Source of the DNA: Camelus ferus | Lineage: Eukaryota | Direction of reading: 5' to 3' | Assembly (NCBI RefSeq): GCF_009834535.1 | Contig: NC_045698.1 | Span: 10,294,001 to 10,358,000 of the forward strand | Length of the DNA: 64,000 nt | Program-made: the position numbers and the translations under genes | In this document: piece by piece, positions 1-13,385 of the stretch | Layout of the letters: each line of letters opens with the position of its first letter | Position numbering within the stretch: the first letter of the stretch is position 1 | The notes under the pieces: generated by a model | Told to the model about the DNA's origin: nothing | Database searches by the model: none | The model's input: only the letters and a program-made list of their open reading frames with translations

Positions 1-3000
1 AGAACAGCCTGGACTTCAGTCCTGTTCAGTGAAGATGCCTTTAACAAGTTACCCTTTTTCCAAGCCTTCATATGCAAAATGGCAGTCCCCACTCTCCTGC
101 TTTCGAAAAGGTGGTGTGTTTAGCAGCCTGGCCACACCCCTGGATGTGTCTTTGGATTTTCCTTAGCTACATTCTTTGTGATCTCCCTACCTATGCTGGC
201 TGGAAAATATTTTGCCTTTCCCTTGGAGCAGAAGAAATGTGGAAAATGTGCTCTTATCTTCCCTTAATTTTTTCCATAAGATAAGCTACTGCTGTAGCCA
301 TGTGGTTTGGGGATGGATGTGAAATTTGGATCCTTTGAGCAAAGACTTTAGGCACCAAAGAACCCAGGAGGTGGGACAGCAAACAGCCAAGCCCCAGAGG
401 AGGCTCCTGCCCTGAGTAGCAAGTTCACCCGTGACCGTGGGCTCGACCGCCCTGGCCCCTTCCTGGAGCCTTCCCGACCGTGTTCTAGAGGGAAGGTGCT
501 GGTCTACGGAGTGTCCTCATGTACGTCCAGCACCCTTCCCTCCAACTCCCGTGCAGGGAGTTCTGTTCTAAATTAGGGAAATACCTTCTGTAGCTAACCT
601 TGCCCTGGCTTGTTGGGGAACTTACCTCCTCAGATCTGACATGACCAGCAGAGCTGTTAGCACGGGTGCTCAGGGGGCAGCAAGAATGAGACACTTTCTT
701 TGTAGGAAACGTGTCTGCCTTTAAGTTTCCAGGGTGAGCCACGGGGTACAGCGGCACCCTGAGCGGAGACCTGCTTTTGGCCTCGGCTCAGAGAAAGTCA
801 GGGCTTGTCTGCTCCCACCTCTCCCCAGCAGAGTTTCACAGCTTCCTTCTTGTCATCTGTGTTTGCACATTGTCCCTAGGATCCTAAGGGGACCTGACCT
901 TCTTTCCCTTAAACTGAACGTCCTTAAGCCCAATCTGAACTGAGCATGAAAACAAAAAACCTTAAATACCAACACCTTTTGCCCACTTCGCAAACATCTG
1001 CACCCAGTTTCCCTCCTCCTGGTTTTCCTATCATCATCATCATCATGTATTAGGCATTCTGCCAGGCACTAGGGGCCAGGCCCAGACCTCCTGAAGGGGC
1101 GTGGCTCCCTGTCAGAGAGGGCCTGGTGGTTCTTGCTCTGTAAGCTCAGACTCGCAGATTGGTAGAATTCAGCTTGGTGACACAGAAAGAAGAGGACATT
1201 AGAGGCAGGCTTGGGGGACAACAGTTCAGATCATTGGGCAGTACGGCCACCTGGCCTGTGAGGCTGGAGTGATGGCTGGGCCCCGGGGAGCCCCGTGCAG
1301 ACACCCAGCCTCTCCTCTCTACCGACCCCTCTCCTCTGTAGCAGAAGAAATGTGAAAAATGTGCTCTTTTTTCCCCTCAGTTTTCCCGGGGGCGGGCTCT
1401 GAGCTCTCCGCCCTGTACCTGGCCGTGCCCTCCTCTCCCCAGTTCTCTCTGCCTGCAGTCCTCCTGCCCCACTGCCAGCCCTGGCCCTGCAGGTCTGGTC
1501 TCTTTCCCTACCATCTCCAGCTTCTCTCTCTCTTTGCTGCTTTTTCTTCTGGCCCAAAATATTTACACACGCTCCCTTCTCTGAAAGAACAGCTCTCCAT
1601 TGTGCTGTTTCTTGGATACCGGTTGGAGCGTTGTGCCGCTTTACCTGCCTCCCCTGTTGCCGGCTGTGCAGCTTCACGCATCTCTGTGTGATGACTCTGC
1701 AGGCAGCAGGGGCACAGCGACATGCTGAGGCCTGGAGTGGGCGTCCAGCAGTGGGTCATAGTGGGTCTGAACTGGGACCAGCCGCTCACGTAATGCCTCT
1801 CCGCTCGCTCTAGAGCAAAAATCTCTGATCCCATATGTCCACGGATGCGTGTCCACCTCAGTGTGTGTGAGGTAGGCCCCGAGGGGTCGATGACGGAGCT
1901 GGAACCCTGCACACGCCAGCCCGTGTGGGCATTGTGCATCACTGGACCACCGCAGGCTGGCTCTGGGAGGAGTTGCTCCGCCTCAGTCCATCAGGTGGTG
2001 CAGGCAGAGGAACCGCCCTAGACGATCAGACAGATTAGACATGCTGAGGTGGAAAGGGGGCCGTAAGACCTGAAGAAATAGGATGGCCTTCTCTCTCCAG
2101 CAACCCCCACCTTGTTTAATAAAGATCCTTCGAGGAGGGCGGGGGAAGGAGGATAGCGTTTTAAGCCAGAAGAGACCTGGGCTGTGAAGCAGCTCCAGAA
2201 GGAACTGGGCAGCAGATCTGGTCTACACCAACCGGGGCCTCCGTGTTGAGCCCGGTTATGTTCTGTGTTGGTTGCTTCATTCATGGAAAGCAGTCTGGCT
2301 CTTCCCTGAGAGGAAGGGTCAGCAGTCTTGCTGTAGCAGAGGGAAGAGAGGCCCACGCCTTCACCAACCTCCTCTTCCGCCCTCTGGCCTGACTGCTTTC
2401 TGTCAAAACAAAGTATAGTAGAAGTCTTACGGCAGAGTAGGTCTAAGGTCGTATTGTAGACATATGTATTTTTTGGACAGGATGTGCTCTGGAGGCACCT
2501 TAAATGGGAACAGAGGCATCTTTAGTGCTTAATAGGGAGGCTTTTTTCATTTTCTCAGACCTACGAAGGTGAAACAAACTTTGGTTCTAGGGAAAAGAAA
2601 TTTCCTTTTCACAGTGTAAGATTGGTTCGTGTGTATCTTGGGGTTGTGTTTTGAAGGATCCTTTGTAAAATGAATTCTCAGTTGCCTTCAGTGTCAAGAT
2701 TTTGAATTAGCCATTTATTTAATGAATTTTTCTTACAATCAACTTCTTCCAAAGAGTGTTGTGGTGTGAAGTGACATAGAGATTCAGAAAGGAAGTAGTG
2801 AGAGTCTTGTGGCTGATTTCATTTCAAATGTACTAAATGTACCAAATATAGGTTATTCTATAGAATAATTCTAGCATTCTGAGAAGGAGGAACCTGAAAA
2901 GAGCCTCATGTTTACTTGGTGGAAGCGAGTTGTGCAGCCGGTGTGACTTCTGCAGAACCACGACTCTGCCACGGGACCCCTTGTCTCGGGCTGTTCCGGG

Positions 3001-5262
3001 CGCTGCTGTAGCCACGTCAGTGAGCACTGGATCGTCTTACACGCGGTTTCACAGAGCGAAGACCCTCCTTGTAACTGATCTGAACGTCCATTCCTTTTCT
3101 GTGTTGCACAGTGATCGTGAGTAGGTACGTCCTGTTGACTGACTCCACACTGATGACTGTCTGGAGTGTGGCAGACACAGGCATGTGGGACGTTCACGCA
3201 GGAGCTTTGAAACAGGAGTTAAAAATGCGTTTGCACACGAAACTTTTTGTCAGTGACTGTGGGGCAGGAAGATGCTCTTTGACAGTCATCTTCTCTTTTA
3301 TCTCCTAAATAGTCATCTGAGTTAAAGCTCCTTTTTAGAAGCTGTGGATACAGCATCCAGTAAAGCAAGAAAATTCCGGTTCAAAGAAGAGGCCGGCGTC
3401 AAGAGCACCGAAGATTTCTTTACTACGAGCAGGACAGCTCTGGGGTAGCTTCTTCCCGCAGGTGCCTTCTCCCCTCTCTGCTTGTCCCCGGGGGCTCAAA
3501 CCACCTTCCAGAGACGTAACCTGTCTCAGAGTTGTTCTCCAGGAATCATTGCCGTCAGCAGCTTTTTATCTGTGCTGCGTAATTACCTCATCTTCCAGGA
3601 TAAAGAAGTGTGGCAACACTTCAGGAAAACAATGAGTCCTTACACGTTCATTCTAGATTTTCAGAAGCTAAGCAGGCCGATTCTCTATACCCCGCCCCCT
3701 CCCCCCCAACAGTTCGCTCCTGAACTCGGTCATCTTTTGCAGGGAGGATTCTCCGAGCACAGCACATGGGCTCAAAGCACCTCCATGCCTTCATCACGTC
3801 CGAAATTCAGGCCTGAAGTGCTTGTGTTTTCCTCATTTCCTATTTTTTCTAAGCTCAAGAAAACCCACCTCTTTCTCTCTCTCTTTTTTTTAAACCAGAT
3901 TCTAAGTACAGCCTCTGGCTGTCTCCGGTAAGACCCGGGCTGTAGCTGCTATGGCTGGTAGGGAAAGGAGGATCTGATCCTCCTTTGAAAGTCGCTTGTG
4001 TTTCCTGAGTCCTAGCGATTATGCAGTTTTAATTTACTTCTCCAGAAAAAGAGGAAAGCAGTCGGGCCGCCATCCTGGCCTGGTTCTGCAGTGTCTCCTT
4101 GAATCCTCAGTGCAGGGGTCAGTACCCCACCCCACAGACCGGGAAGTGGGCCCAGTGGGAGATGCCCGCAGAGCCGGGGCGGTGGAACAAAGACAGGAGC
4201 CCAGGCCCTTCAGACTCGAAAGCAGCCCCCTAACCTGACAGCCCCTCCCCACTTTCAGTCTCACTTTAAATGACTCAGTTTTCCCTCTTGAGAGGACCCT
4301 GGCTGGGGCATTCAGTGTTCAGACGGTTGCGCTCTCCTGGCTGCTGGGTTAGTTCCTTCACCTCAGTGTGGCGGTTTCCTAGCTTATGAAGCAGGAGTGA
4401 GGTCATGTCCTCACTGCAGGGCTGCTGTGGGCACAGAGCAGTGCCCCAGAGTTAGTGTCTGTTAACACCGGGGAGTCTGTTTCTTCCACAGCAGAAGGGT
4501 CCGGGGTAGGTTCTGTTCACGGGGAGGCCTTGGCCTTGGGTCTCAGAGAGGCTGTGTGCTAACCTGGCTCCCCTGGCCCCTCCCGCTGTGCTGAGGGAAA
4601 ACCGTGTACTGGCTCATTGTCTTCAAGTGTCAAATGGGAAGTGAGACTAAATGAGTGCTGTTTAGTGTCCCAGAGCATTCGGGAATGCACTTGTTCCTTT
4701 GGGATGCTGAATGTGGTAAATGCCTTTACCTGCTGGCATCTGCGGAAAGCTTTCCAAAGTGTGAAGTGTAGCTGTCGGGAGGCACTGCCGCCTGCAGACC
4801 CACTTACCAAACTCGAGAGGTAATTGTCTTCACGACTCTAGGGACAATAAATAAGAAAACAGACTCGGTGCTCCAAAATGTGTTTAATAAAGCACGATGT
4901 GCCGTCCGTGCTGTCCAGCACCGAGGCCCTGCCGTGTCTCTGCTCAGAGCTGCAGAGCGCGGTCCTGGGGAGGCCCCGCAGGGGAAGCATGGATCTCCAT
5001 AAAGCCCTCGTCCCCGAAAATGTCACTGCACAGTGCTGCCTCTGGTGTCAGAGAACATTCGGGAGCAACAGGTGGACAGAACCTGTGTACGCAGGAGCCT
5101 CTGATGCTGACAGCTGGTCATCACGAGCAGAGCTTTCTCTGTGCCGAGGGGCCACACTGAGTGGCCAGGGTGCCAGCCTCCCAGGAGGGGAGGACTGGGT
5201 GATGCCACCCGTGGAAAGTGCTCAGGAATTGTTCCATAGGTGAAGGCTGTTCTATTAAGACC

Positions 5263-5290
5263 TGTGTGTGTGTGTGTGTATGTGTACATA
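5263..5290. repeat. (TG)n microsatellite
   Basis: tgtgtgtgtgtgtgtgtatgtgtacata. Confidence 0.85.
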
Positions 5291-5295
5291 CATAT

Positions 5296-5640
5296 TTTTA
5301 ATAAACTTTTTTAGACAACTTTCAGACTTAAAGAAAAATTGTGAAGATGACACAGAGAGTCCTCATAGCCTGCACCCAGGCTCCCGCTTATTAACATCTT
5401 CCATTAGTCTGGTACATTTGTTACTATTGGTGCACTAGTACCGACCCAATATCACACTGATATTATAAAAATATAACGTGGAACCAGTAGTGTTATGATT
5501 AATGAGCTAATACTGCTTAACTCAAGGCCACCCTTTGTTCAGATTTCCTTAGTTTCTCCCTGTTCCAGGGTCCCATCCAGGGTCCTGTCCAGGAGCCACA
5601 TTGCATATCATTGTCATGCCTCCTCTTGGCTTTGACACTT
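5296..5640 (-). mobile_element. Old L1M (L1MC-like) 3' end fragment
   Basis: Resembles the recalled L1MC 3' UTR (tttcagacttaaagaaaaattg...acagagagtcctcata...ttcagatttccttagtt...ttccagggtcccatccagg). Bounds approximate. Confidence 0.65.
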
Positions 5641-6859
5641 TCTGTTGCTTTTTTTTTATTATTATTGTAGTGGCCTCCTTGTCCCTCCTTCATCATTACC
5701 ACCTTATTCCGATTCCAGTTCATGGCTTAACGCCTCCCTCGTTTGTCCACAAGGAGGGGCGACTGTCTCCAACCGGAGGCTGCGGGTCACTGTGTCAGAG
5801 CCGTGACAGGCGTGGGGCTCAGGCACCTGATGTGAGAGTGGTTTCCGTGCCGTCACTCAGACTCTCTGAGACCATGTGACAGTCTGTGTGGAGGGCTTCT
5901 AGTCACGGAGTCATCGCTGGCAGGTGGCCAGACTGCCCTGCAGGGGAGGTGGAGGCCCCGAGGTGCACAGGATGGAGAGTGGACGTTTATGAAACATGGT
6001 TTTGTTGTTACAGAGCCCTTTGGAAGTGGGCAGTTTCACCATCTCTGCTCTCAGCAGGAATCATTGCAACCTAGCTTTCAAGTGGGTCACAGTGACTATA
6101 TATAAAACCCTTTAACTGAGCTTTTGAGCAGTCAGATTGGGAACTGACCATGCTTTTCAGATTATTTCACGTAGTTGATTCCAAAGAACATGCAAAGTGT
6201 GCACACAGACGTTTTCTGAGCCTGGCCCTGCTAGTCAGTCTGAAGGGGTTCTTGGACATCTCTTCCATCATTTCTAGAAAGAGTTCAGAAAGATCCTTTG
6301 TTAATAGTACAGAACGTTCTTATGAGACTTGGATGGTACCGAAAAAGAAGAGTCCTCTGAAGATGGTTTTTCGGATGGGCAGGGAGAAGGAGATGGCTGT
6401 GAGCCTTGCAGTGTGTAAAACAGGGCTATGCTGGACACTGGGGAGGCATCCTGCGAGCTGAATGACACCCTTGTGGTGTAAGTAGGGCTCCAGAGCCAGG
6501 CAGACCTGGGGGGTCCTGTTCACCACCTGCCAGCCTTGGCCCCTGCGTCTGGTGAATGCCCTCCACTCCTCAGTCTCCTGACCTGTGATGAGCCTGGGTT
6601 GGGAATGGACGGCCCAGCTCTGGGGAGGCACTGAGACCCCACGGAAGTACGTGCTCAGGACCAGGGCACCTGTGGGGTAGGAGCATTCAGCCTGCGGTGG
6701 TGACAGAGAGCAGACTGACCTTCAGCTGGCCTGTGTTACCACTGTCCAACTGCAGTTGGCCCCGCACCCCCTCATTGCCTCCAGGGTAGACTGCTCCACC
6801 CTCTCCTGCACCCAGACGCTTGGGGGGCCTCAGTCTGTAAGTGTGGGTGTTACAACCGT

Positions 6860-7880
6860 AATACCACTCTCAAAATCAGGAATTAGCACTTGCACATGAT
6901 TCCCCCCTAATCCTCAGACCCCATGGTGTCCTTCGTAGCTAAAGGATCCGGTGGAGAGCCACCTGTGACGTCTGCTTGTCACATCTCTTAGTGTCCCTCA
7001 GCCCTGAGCTTCTCCTTGGTCCTTCCTTGACTAGTGTGACCTGACCCTTTGGAAGGTCTCAGGCCTGTTGTTTTGGAGGAGGCCCCTCACTTTGGGTTTG
7101 TCCTCACCGCTGTATTCTGCTTACACGTCTCCGACAGGAGTGTCCTGGGAGCGCTGCCCTGCCCTCCTCATGCCATCCCATCAGTAGACACACGGGTGTA
7201 ATTTGTCCTGTTACATACGGTGTTCACCGTGACCCCTGGGTTACGGCGGTGTCTGCCAGGCTTCTCTGTTGTGACGTGAGTGTTTCCCCCTTAGGATTTA
7301 GTAAGTACTTTGCAGGGAGGTACTTTGAAATTCTGTAAATATGCTGTTCCTTGTCCAGTTTTACTCAGTTTGTGTCAGTCAGGACTCAAGGTTTCCTGCT
7401 GAGTGGACTGCACTCCATCACCGTCACTGTTTACTCGGATGCTCAGTTTGTCCCTTATTTGGCCTCTCCAAGCTGGCTTCTCTGTCCTGTCCTGTCCACA
7501 TTGTTCTGGACCATCTCCTTATTGTGTTTGGGCCACAGTAGGATGTTGCAGACTCATCTTGTACTCAGTCCCACCCCAGCCCTGGAATCCGCCACGTCTC
7601 CATGGAGCCTGGTTCTGACCAGAGGAGAGTGGCGCTTAGAAGTGGAGGTCGGGTACTAAGCCTGCTTACTGCTTTTGGGCCATTGCTGTTCCCAGGCTCC
7701 ATCGGTGGATGGGGGTCAGGGGGAGGAACGTGAGTGAGTGTGTACTGTCTGTGTGTTGAAAACTATTCACATTGGTCCCCCAGTTCCAATCCAGTGACAC
7801 AGGGTTAATGCAAGTGTTCTCCTTCTCCATATTTGTAACCCCTTCTCCCAAATGAGGAATTCTTATTGTCCTGAATGTGT
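6860..7880 (-). mobile_element. Old L1M (L1MC4-like) 3' UTR relic
   Basis: tctgccaggcttctc, gggaggtactttgaaattctgtaaatatgctgttcc, cagactcatcttgtact...ccccagccctggaatc; homologous to the relics at 33160 and 41020. Confidence 0.65.
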
Positions 7881-8957
7881 GGCTTTTTAGACGAAATGCC
7901 CCTGGAGGTCACCAGTCTCCCACCCAGGAGGCTGCCCATAGCAGGGGCGCCCCGTGACCCTTCGGTCTGGGACTCCTTGCAGGGGCACGCTTCCCACACT
8001 CTGGACCACTGCCATCTCACCTGAGATGCCAGCCCTGGGACTGAGATGCTGGGGAAGGAGGAGGATGAGGGCTCAGCCTGTTCTCACGGAGAGCTACACA
8101 CTCGCCCTGGGCCTTCCTGGAGGCCTCGCTCCTGCTCTTCCTGGCACTGTTCCTTCCTCTCCAGCCTGTCCGCTCCTCCCTCCACCCCCAGCAGCAGACC
8201 TCTCACTAGCAGTTCCTTAAACAGTACGGGGGCCCTAACAGACCTGTTTATTTTATTTGAGGAACCCGTTTGCAGCCTCTCATTTATCAAGAGTTAGAGT
8301 AATTTTCAGAGTATTTTAGACACCCACTTACACTTAACTCTCAGCTCTTTAAAATGCCAGCTGCTTTATAGCCATTATAGTTATTGTTTCCTTTTTCTCA
8401 GAAAATGTGTACTCTGAAGTAGAAAAAAAATTTATAAGTGCAGAATTACTGATCAGGAGAAACACAGGAAGAGACACTAACTCATGTTTGTTTGGAACAT
8501 ACCCTTTTCACTTGCTCTTGGGGAATTATCACAAAGTGGTGTATCATACTGAAACACACAAAACTGGAACTCTCCACTCTGCCATAAAACCGGGAGAAAA
8601 AGTGAAGCGGGCATTTGTGGCTACGAGCCGCCTTCTGGCCATGCAGCAGCAAAGAGCTGGAAGCCCTTTGTGAGTCACAGGACAGCCAGCAGCTGCCTGC
8701 AGACACCCCATTCCTGCTGCAGACGGAAGGGCTGCTGTGAGATTCAGAGTTTAACAGCCCAAAACAAGAATGGAAGAGGCTGCTGATAGAGATGTACTGG
8801 ATCCTAAAACCATCTCTTCCCAGCCTGTTTTTCCTGTTTGATTGGCAGAGACAGTCAGGAATATCACCCGCAGACTCTTGCAGTATTTCGTGACTCCCAG
8901 CCTGGCCAGTTTGTTTTCTTGTTCACCTTCTGTTTCTCTGAACATTCTCTTCTGCAG

Positions 8958-9149
8958 AACACATACACCAATGCGGATAAGTTACTAGAAGCAGCAGAAC
9001 AGCTGGCTCAGACCGGGGAGTGTGACCCAGAAGAGATCTACCAGGCTGCCCACCAGCTTGAGGACCGCATCCAAGATTTCGTCCGGCGAGTGGAGCAACG
9101 GAAGATCCTACTGGACATGTCGGTGTCCTTTCACACCCACGTGAAAGAG
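8958..9149 (+). CDS. TRIO: TRIO coding exon (~exon 11), spectrin repeat
   Basis: ctgcag|AAC...GAG|gtaagg; 192 nt, phase 0/0; NTYTNADKLLEAAEQLAQTGECDPEEIYQAAHQLEDRIQDFVRRVEQRKILLDMSVSFHTHVKE. Confidence 0.96.
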
Positions 9150-12100
9150 GTAAGGCATCCGGAGCCCCCGTCGGAAAGGGTCTTTGAGCGCCTTGGAAGG
9201 ATGAGGGCGGTCACAATGTCAGAAGTGGACCGGAAGTGGCCAGCGATGACACGTAGCTGGTTCTCGCTGAGTGGGGACTGAGCTGGCCTCCTTGCTGGCC
9301 TTCCTCGCCACAGGGACACATTGTGGCCCTCGGATTGGGGAGCAGTGTCTGCCAGAGCAGACCCGTGAGGGTGGAGGCAGCCAGGGAGACTGTGGATCAG
9401 GAGGCGAGCAGGGAAAGCAGGAGCTGAAGGAGATGTCATCACCTTGGAGAGAGGCAGGGCGTGTCCGCTTTAGCAGAGATAGATGACCTATACATTGCGG
9501 TCAGAGGTCAGAGCTGTGGGGCTTCCTTTCTGCCTGTTCCCCTGTCATGTGGCCGAAGTCATGGCCATTTGATTTTATCAGGCTGTGTGACTACTTTCAG
9601 ATACTCACAGAAGTGAATTCTGCATAATGTTGACTTTAAATGTACCACAGCCAGCATGGCCTTAGTCATATTAGTGCTGCTGTCATAGGTGTGCTCCTGC
9701 TGGTCAGCTTGTCTCAGAAGAAGAGATAATGTGTTATTTGATAGATGGTAAGTAGGTTGGTACTGATTATACACTGCATATGTGTTACGCTTAGTGAAAA
9801 TTGGAGAAAATTACAATTGAAGAAACTATCATGTAGCTTTCGAGATAAAAAGGATTTGTAGTAAAAACAAAGTTTTTAGTAGGAGTACGAATTGATTAAG
9901 GATGTCAACTTTATCTTATTTCTAAGGAAAAAAATTCTCCGTTTCACAGCTCTTTATAAATTGGAAATGAGGGGCCTTTTTAGGTAGTTTGGGATTAAGT
10001 TCACAAAGGCTGTGGTAACAGGTTGTGAAGAGGGATGGGGAACAGTCAGATCATGGGGCCCACTTGGAGAGGGCTGGGCCTGGCTCAACTTGTTTATAGG
10101 CATCAGAGATCAGGGACCAATGAAATTTTTTAAAGGAAAAGAACTTCACCTCCACGTCAGGGATCTTGGGCAGTCAGTCCTCAGCCAGGCTATTTGTAAC
10201 TTGAAAGTTTGGCTCCAGGAAAACCAGACTCACTTTCAACTCTGAAACACCACGAGCCCAGGAAGACAGCGTAGGGGGCGTACTTGGCAAACTGCTGGGA
10301 CCCTGAGCAGCCCTTTCTGCAGAGGGGCTGGTGCTTTGTGGGCCCTGGACAGTTGTCAGAATAGAAAACTGCCAGGACTGGCTTCTTTCCCTGCTTTAAT
10401 AATGCCAAAACAAAAAAAGACTTCCCAGCGTTTACAAAGAGACTATTTATTTTCCAAGGAGACACGTTCAGTGGATATTGGTCCACGGCAGTTCTGATCA
10501 CAGGTGCACGTGGCAGCTTGAGTCAAATCACAACAATGAACCAGTCTGCTGCCTCTGCCAGCTCCCTCCTCCGCCTCCTGCAGCCCTGCAACCAGGAAGA
10601 GAAATTTGGTTAGGCTGTTCTCTTGTTTTTGAACCGACAGTGATTCTTTGTGTATCTGGAACACCAGCCTGAAGCCCCGAAGCATCCTTGTGGTCTGGCC
10701 CATGCAGAGTCAGATGCACTGCTCTCCTTCACTTCCCCAGGCAGTTAGCGGATCCTCCTGCACTCTCTAGAACTTTCTTTACGTCTACCCCTAGTTATAG
10801 CACTTGTCTTGTGGTATAGTTTTGTGTTACCCTCTTCTTCTCACCAGTATTAGTACACTAACTTTTCTGTATTTTACGTGTTTTTACCCTCTAGCTGAGA
10901 GGGGAGGAAGATACCAAGTGTGGAAAGGGAGGCTGTGCCTTTGTTAGACTGTGACAGACAAAGCCGGGAGGAGCTCTGAGCAGCCCAGACCTTTGGGAGG
11001 GAAGCACGGTGGGCGGGGGCTGGAGTTCTGCATTGGGGCAGCAGGGGGCGCTGTGGACAGCACGGTGTTTATAGAGCAATGCGGGCAGCACCAGGCAGCC
11101 AGGACTAATCTGATAAGTGTCTGTGTGACATGCCTTAGGGACACTCTAGCAGGATTTGTGAAGATATAACTTGCATTTAGGACAAAAAAGATTCTTTCCC
11201 CAAAGTATTTATAACTTAGATCACCTTTTCAACTTTGGTATGATTTTCAAAAAGGAGGTACTAAAGAAAACTAGACTGAGAGCCTTTTACAAATCTGTTC
11301 TCCAGAGACGAAGTTTGGGCTCACTGATTTTTGTAACATCAGTGGCATTTTTAAGGAAAAACATGGTAAAAGCATTCCAGTTAGTAAACTACAGGGTCTG
11401 TTTTGTCACACTAGGTTTGGAAGTTTATTGAAAAATGAAAATACGTTTTGTTTTCTTGACTTACACTATAGGAACTTCTTGTACGTATGAAGTTTGTAGA
11501 CTAAGGGGAACTTAAGTCTGTTTTGAAAGCTAAGTGGTTCACCTTTACAATTTGAGAATTTTCAGTACATTCATTCTTTCCTTTATTATATGAAAAACCT
11601 TCACAGTAGCAGAGAAGGTGGTATGTTCACCATGATTTGGTTCCCCTTAAATGTGTGCCCCTAAGGTGACCTGGGGTAGGGAGGGGTTTTGTGACAGCCG
11701 GGGAAGGGTGCATAGCAGGACGCACACGTGCTCGGTGACGGGGAGGGCAGGTGTTTGGGGAAGCTGGCCGCACACAGTGTGGAATACTGTCTGACCCTTC
11801 CCCAAGATGTGCTTGGACTTTGTTTTTAGCCCCAGCCCTTTTCTCAGTGGATTTATTTTTTTCTGACCAGCCCCAGCATCTTCTTTAGCCTCCTTTCTCT
11901 GTGCTACACGAATGCCCTCAAACCTGCAGGGACACTTGGTAGCTTTTATGCAGGAAGGAATGGTTTCTTCAGTCATTGTGTTTTGAAACCAGTTATTGAA
12001 AGAAAACTCAGATTCGTTTAGAACATACTTCATTATGTATTTTAAAACAAAATTAAAAGTGAGAGAGGGCCAAGAGGAGGAAGTCATGCTAATTAAATGT

Positions 12101-12657
12101 GTTTGCATCAAGTCACTAAATATTTTAATATAGCAGATGAATGAAGAATGGCTAAAAGATTTAGGTTATCAGAATTAATTTTTCTCAAGCAGATCATACA
12201 ATTTAAAATAACACAGAAGGAGGCAGAAAAAGCGCCTTGCCTTTGTCATTTAGGCAAATATGTGAAGCTTTTTAGAAGTTAACGTTCAAAGGCTTTCCGA
12301 TGCGGGGCTTACCGCTCGTCACTCCCAGGTGTCCGGCAGTGCTTTTATTTCTCACTTTATCCAGGGTGTAGCCCTCTCTTTTTTGCAGTGAATTTCTGGC
12401 CCTCTGAGGAGCAAGTAATACAAAGGCGATCTCATTAACGACCAGCTTTGGAAAGGTGCCAGATCAAGGTGATATCTGCTCAGTGTTGGCTCAGGATTCT
12501 TTTTAAGAGTCACACCTGGAAGAAGGCTGGTGGTTTTAAGTCTCTTCACAGACCAGGCACTTAGATTCCGCAGGGAGTCCTCGAACTATAGTCTCTTACC
12601 CCCAGAGGACAGAATGGACAGTGCTTGTTCCCCCGGAAAGAGAGAGAAGAGGAGATA

Positions 12658-12919
12658 CAGACCCTTGAACACCCGGGTTTGAACCGCGCAGGTCCACTTC
12701 CACGCAGATGTCTTTCAGTAGTAAACCCTGTGGTACCACACGACCTGCAGTTAGTTGAATCTGCAGATGCAGAACCGCAGATGTGGAGGAACCACAGAGG
12801 CAGAGGAACTGTGGATGTTCAGGAACCACGGGTAGGAGGGCTGACTGTAAATTATACATGGATTTTCACCTGCATGGAGGGTCGGTGCCTCTAACTCCCA
12901 GTTGTTCAAGGATCAGCTG
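12658..12919. mobile_element. MER8/Tigger2-type non-autonomous DNA transposon
   Basis: TIRs cag(ttg)acccttgaaca ... gttgttcaaggatcagctg, flanked by TA on both sides (12656-57, 12920-21). Confidence 0.85.
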
Positions 12920-13342
12920 TATTTTCACGTAGATGGCAAATGTTTTATACTTTAAGGCTGAATGCGGAAGGTGGTTGATAGAAGTGTCAGCCTCAATTTC
13001 ACCCTTAAACCCAGATTTGGAAGCATCCTGGGACCCTTTCCTCAGTATTTTCCTCTGAAAGGAATTCATGAAATGTTTGACCCACTCTCAGAAGGCTTGA
13101 GGACTATCTGTCCTTTTTTTTTTAAAAATGTTTTTAAAGTAGTATTGTAGTATTTAAAAGGAATGTTGATCAACCTAACATAAATCTAATTTTATTTTAA
13201 GGGAGTTTTTGTTTTCCACTTCAATCTTTCTCTTCCCTTCAGTATTTTGTAGCATTTTATTCACATCAGTTCTGATTATACTTCTCCCATCTTTAGGCCT
13301 TTGTTATCTGTCCTCCTTTCCTTTTGAATGTATTTTCCACTG

Positions 13343-13385
13343 TTCATTCATTCATTCATTCATTCACTCTTTCACTCATTCATTC
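13343..13385. repeat. (TTCA)n microsatellite, probably an L2 tail
   Basis: ttcattcattcattcattcattcactctttcactcattcattc. Confidence 0.75.
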
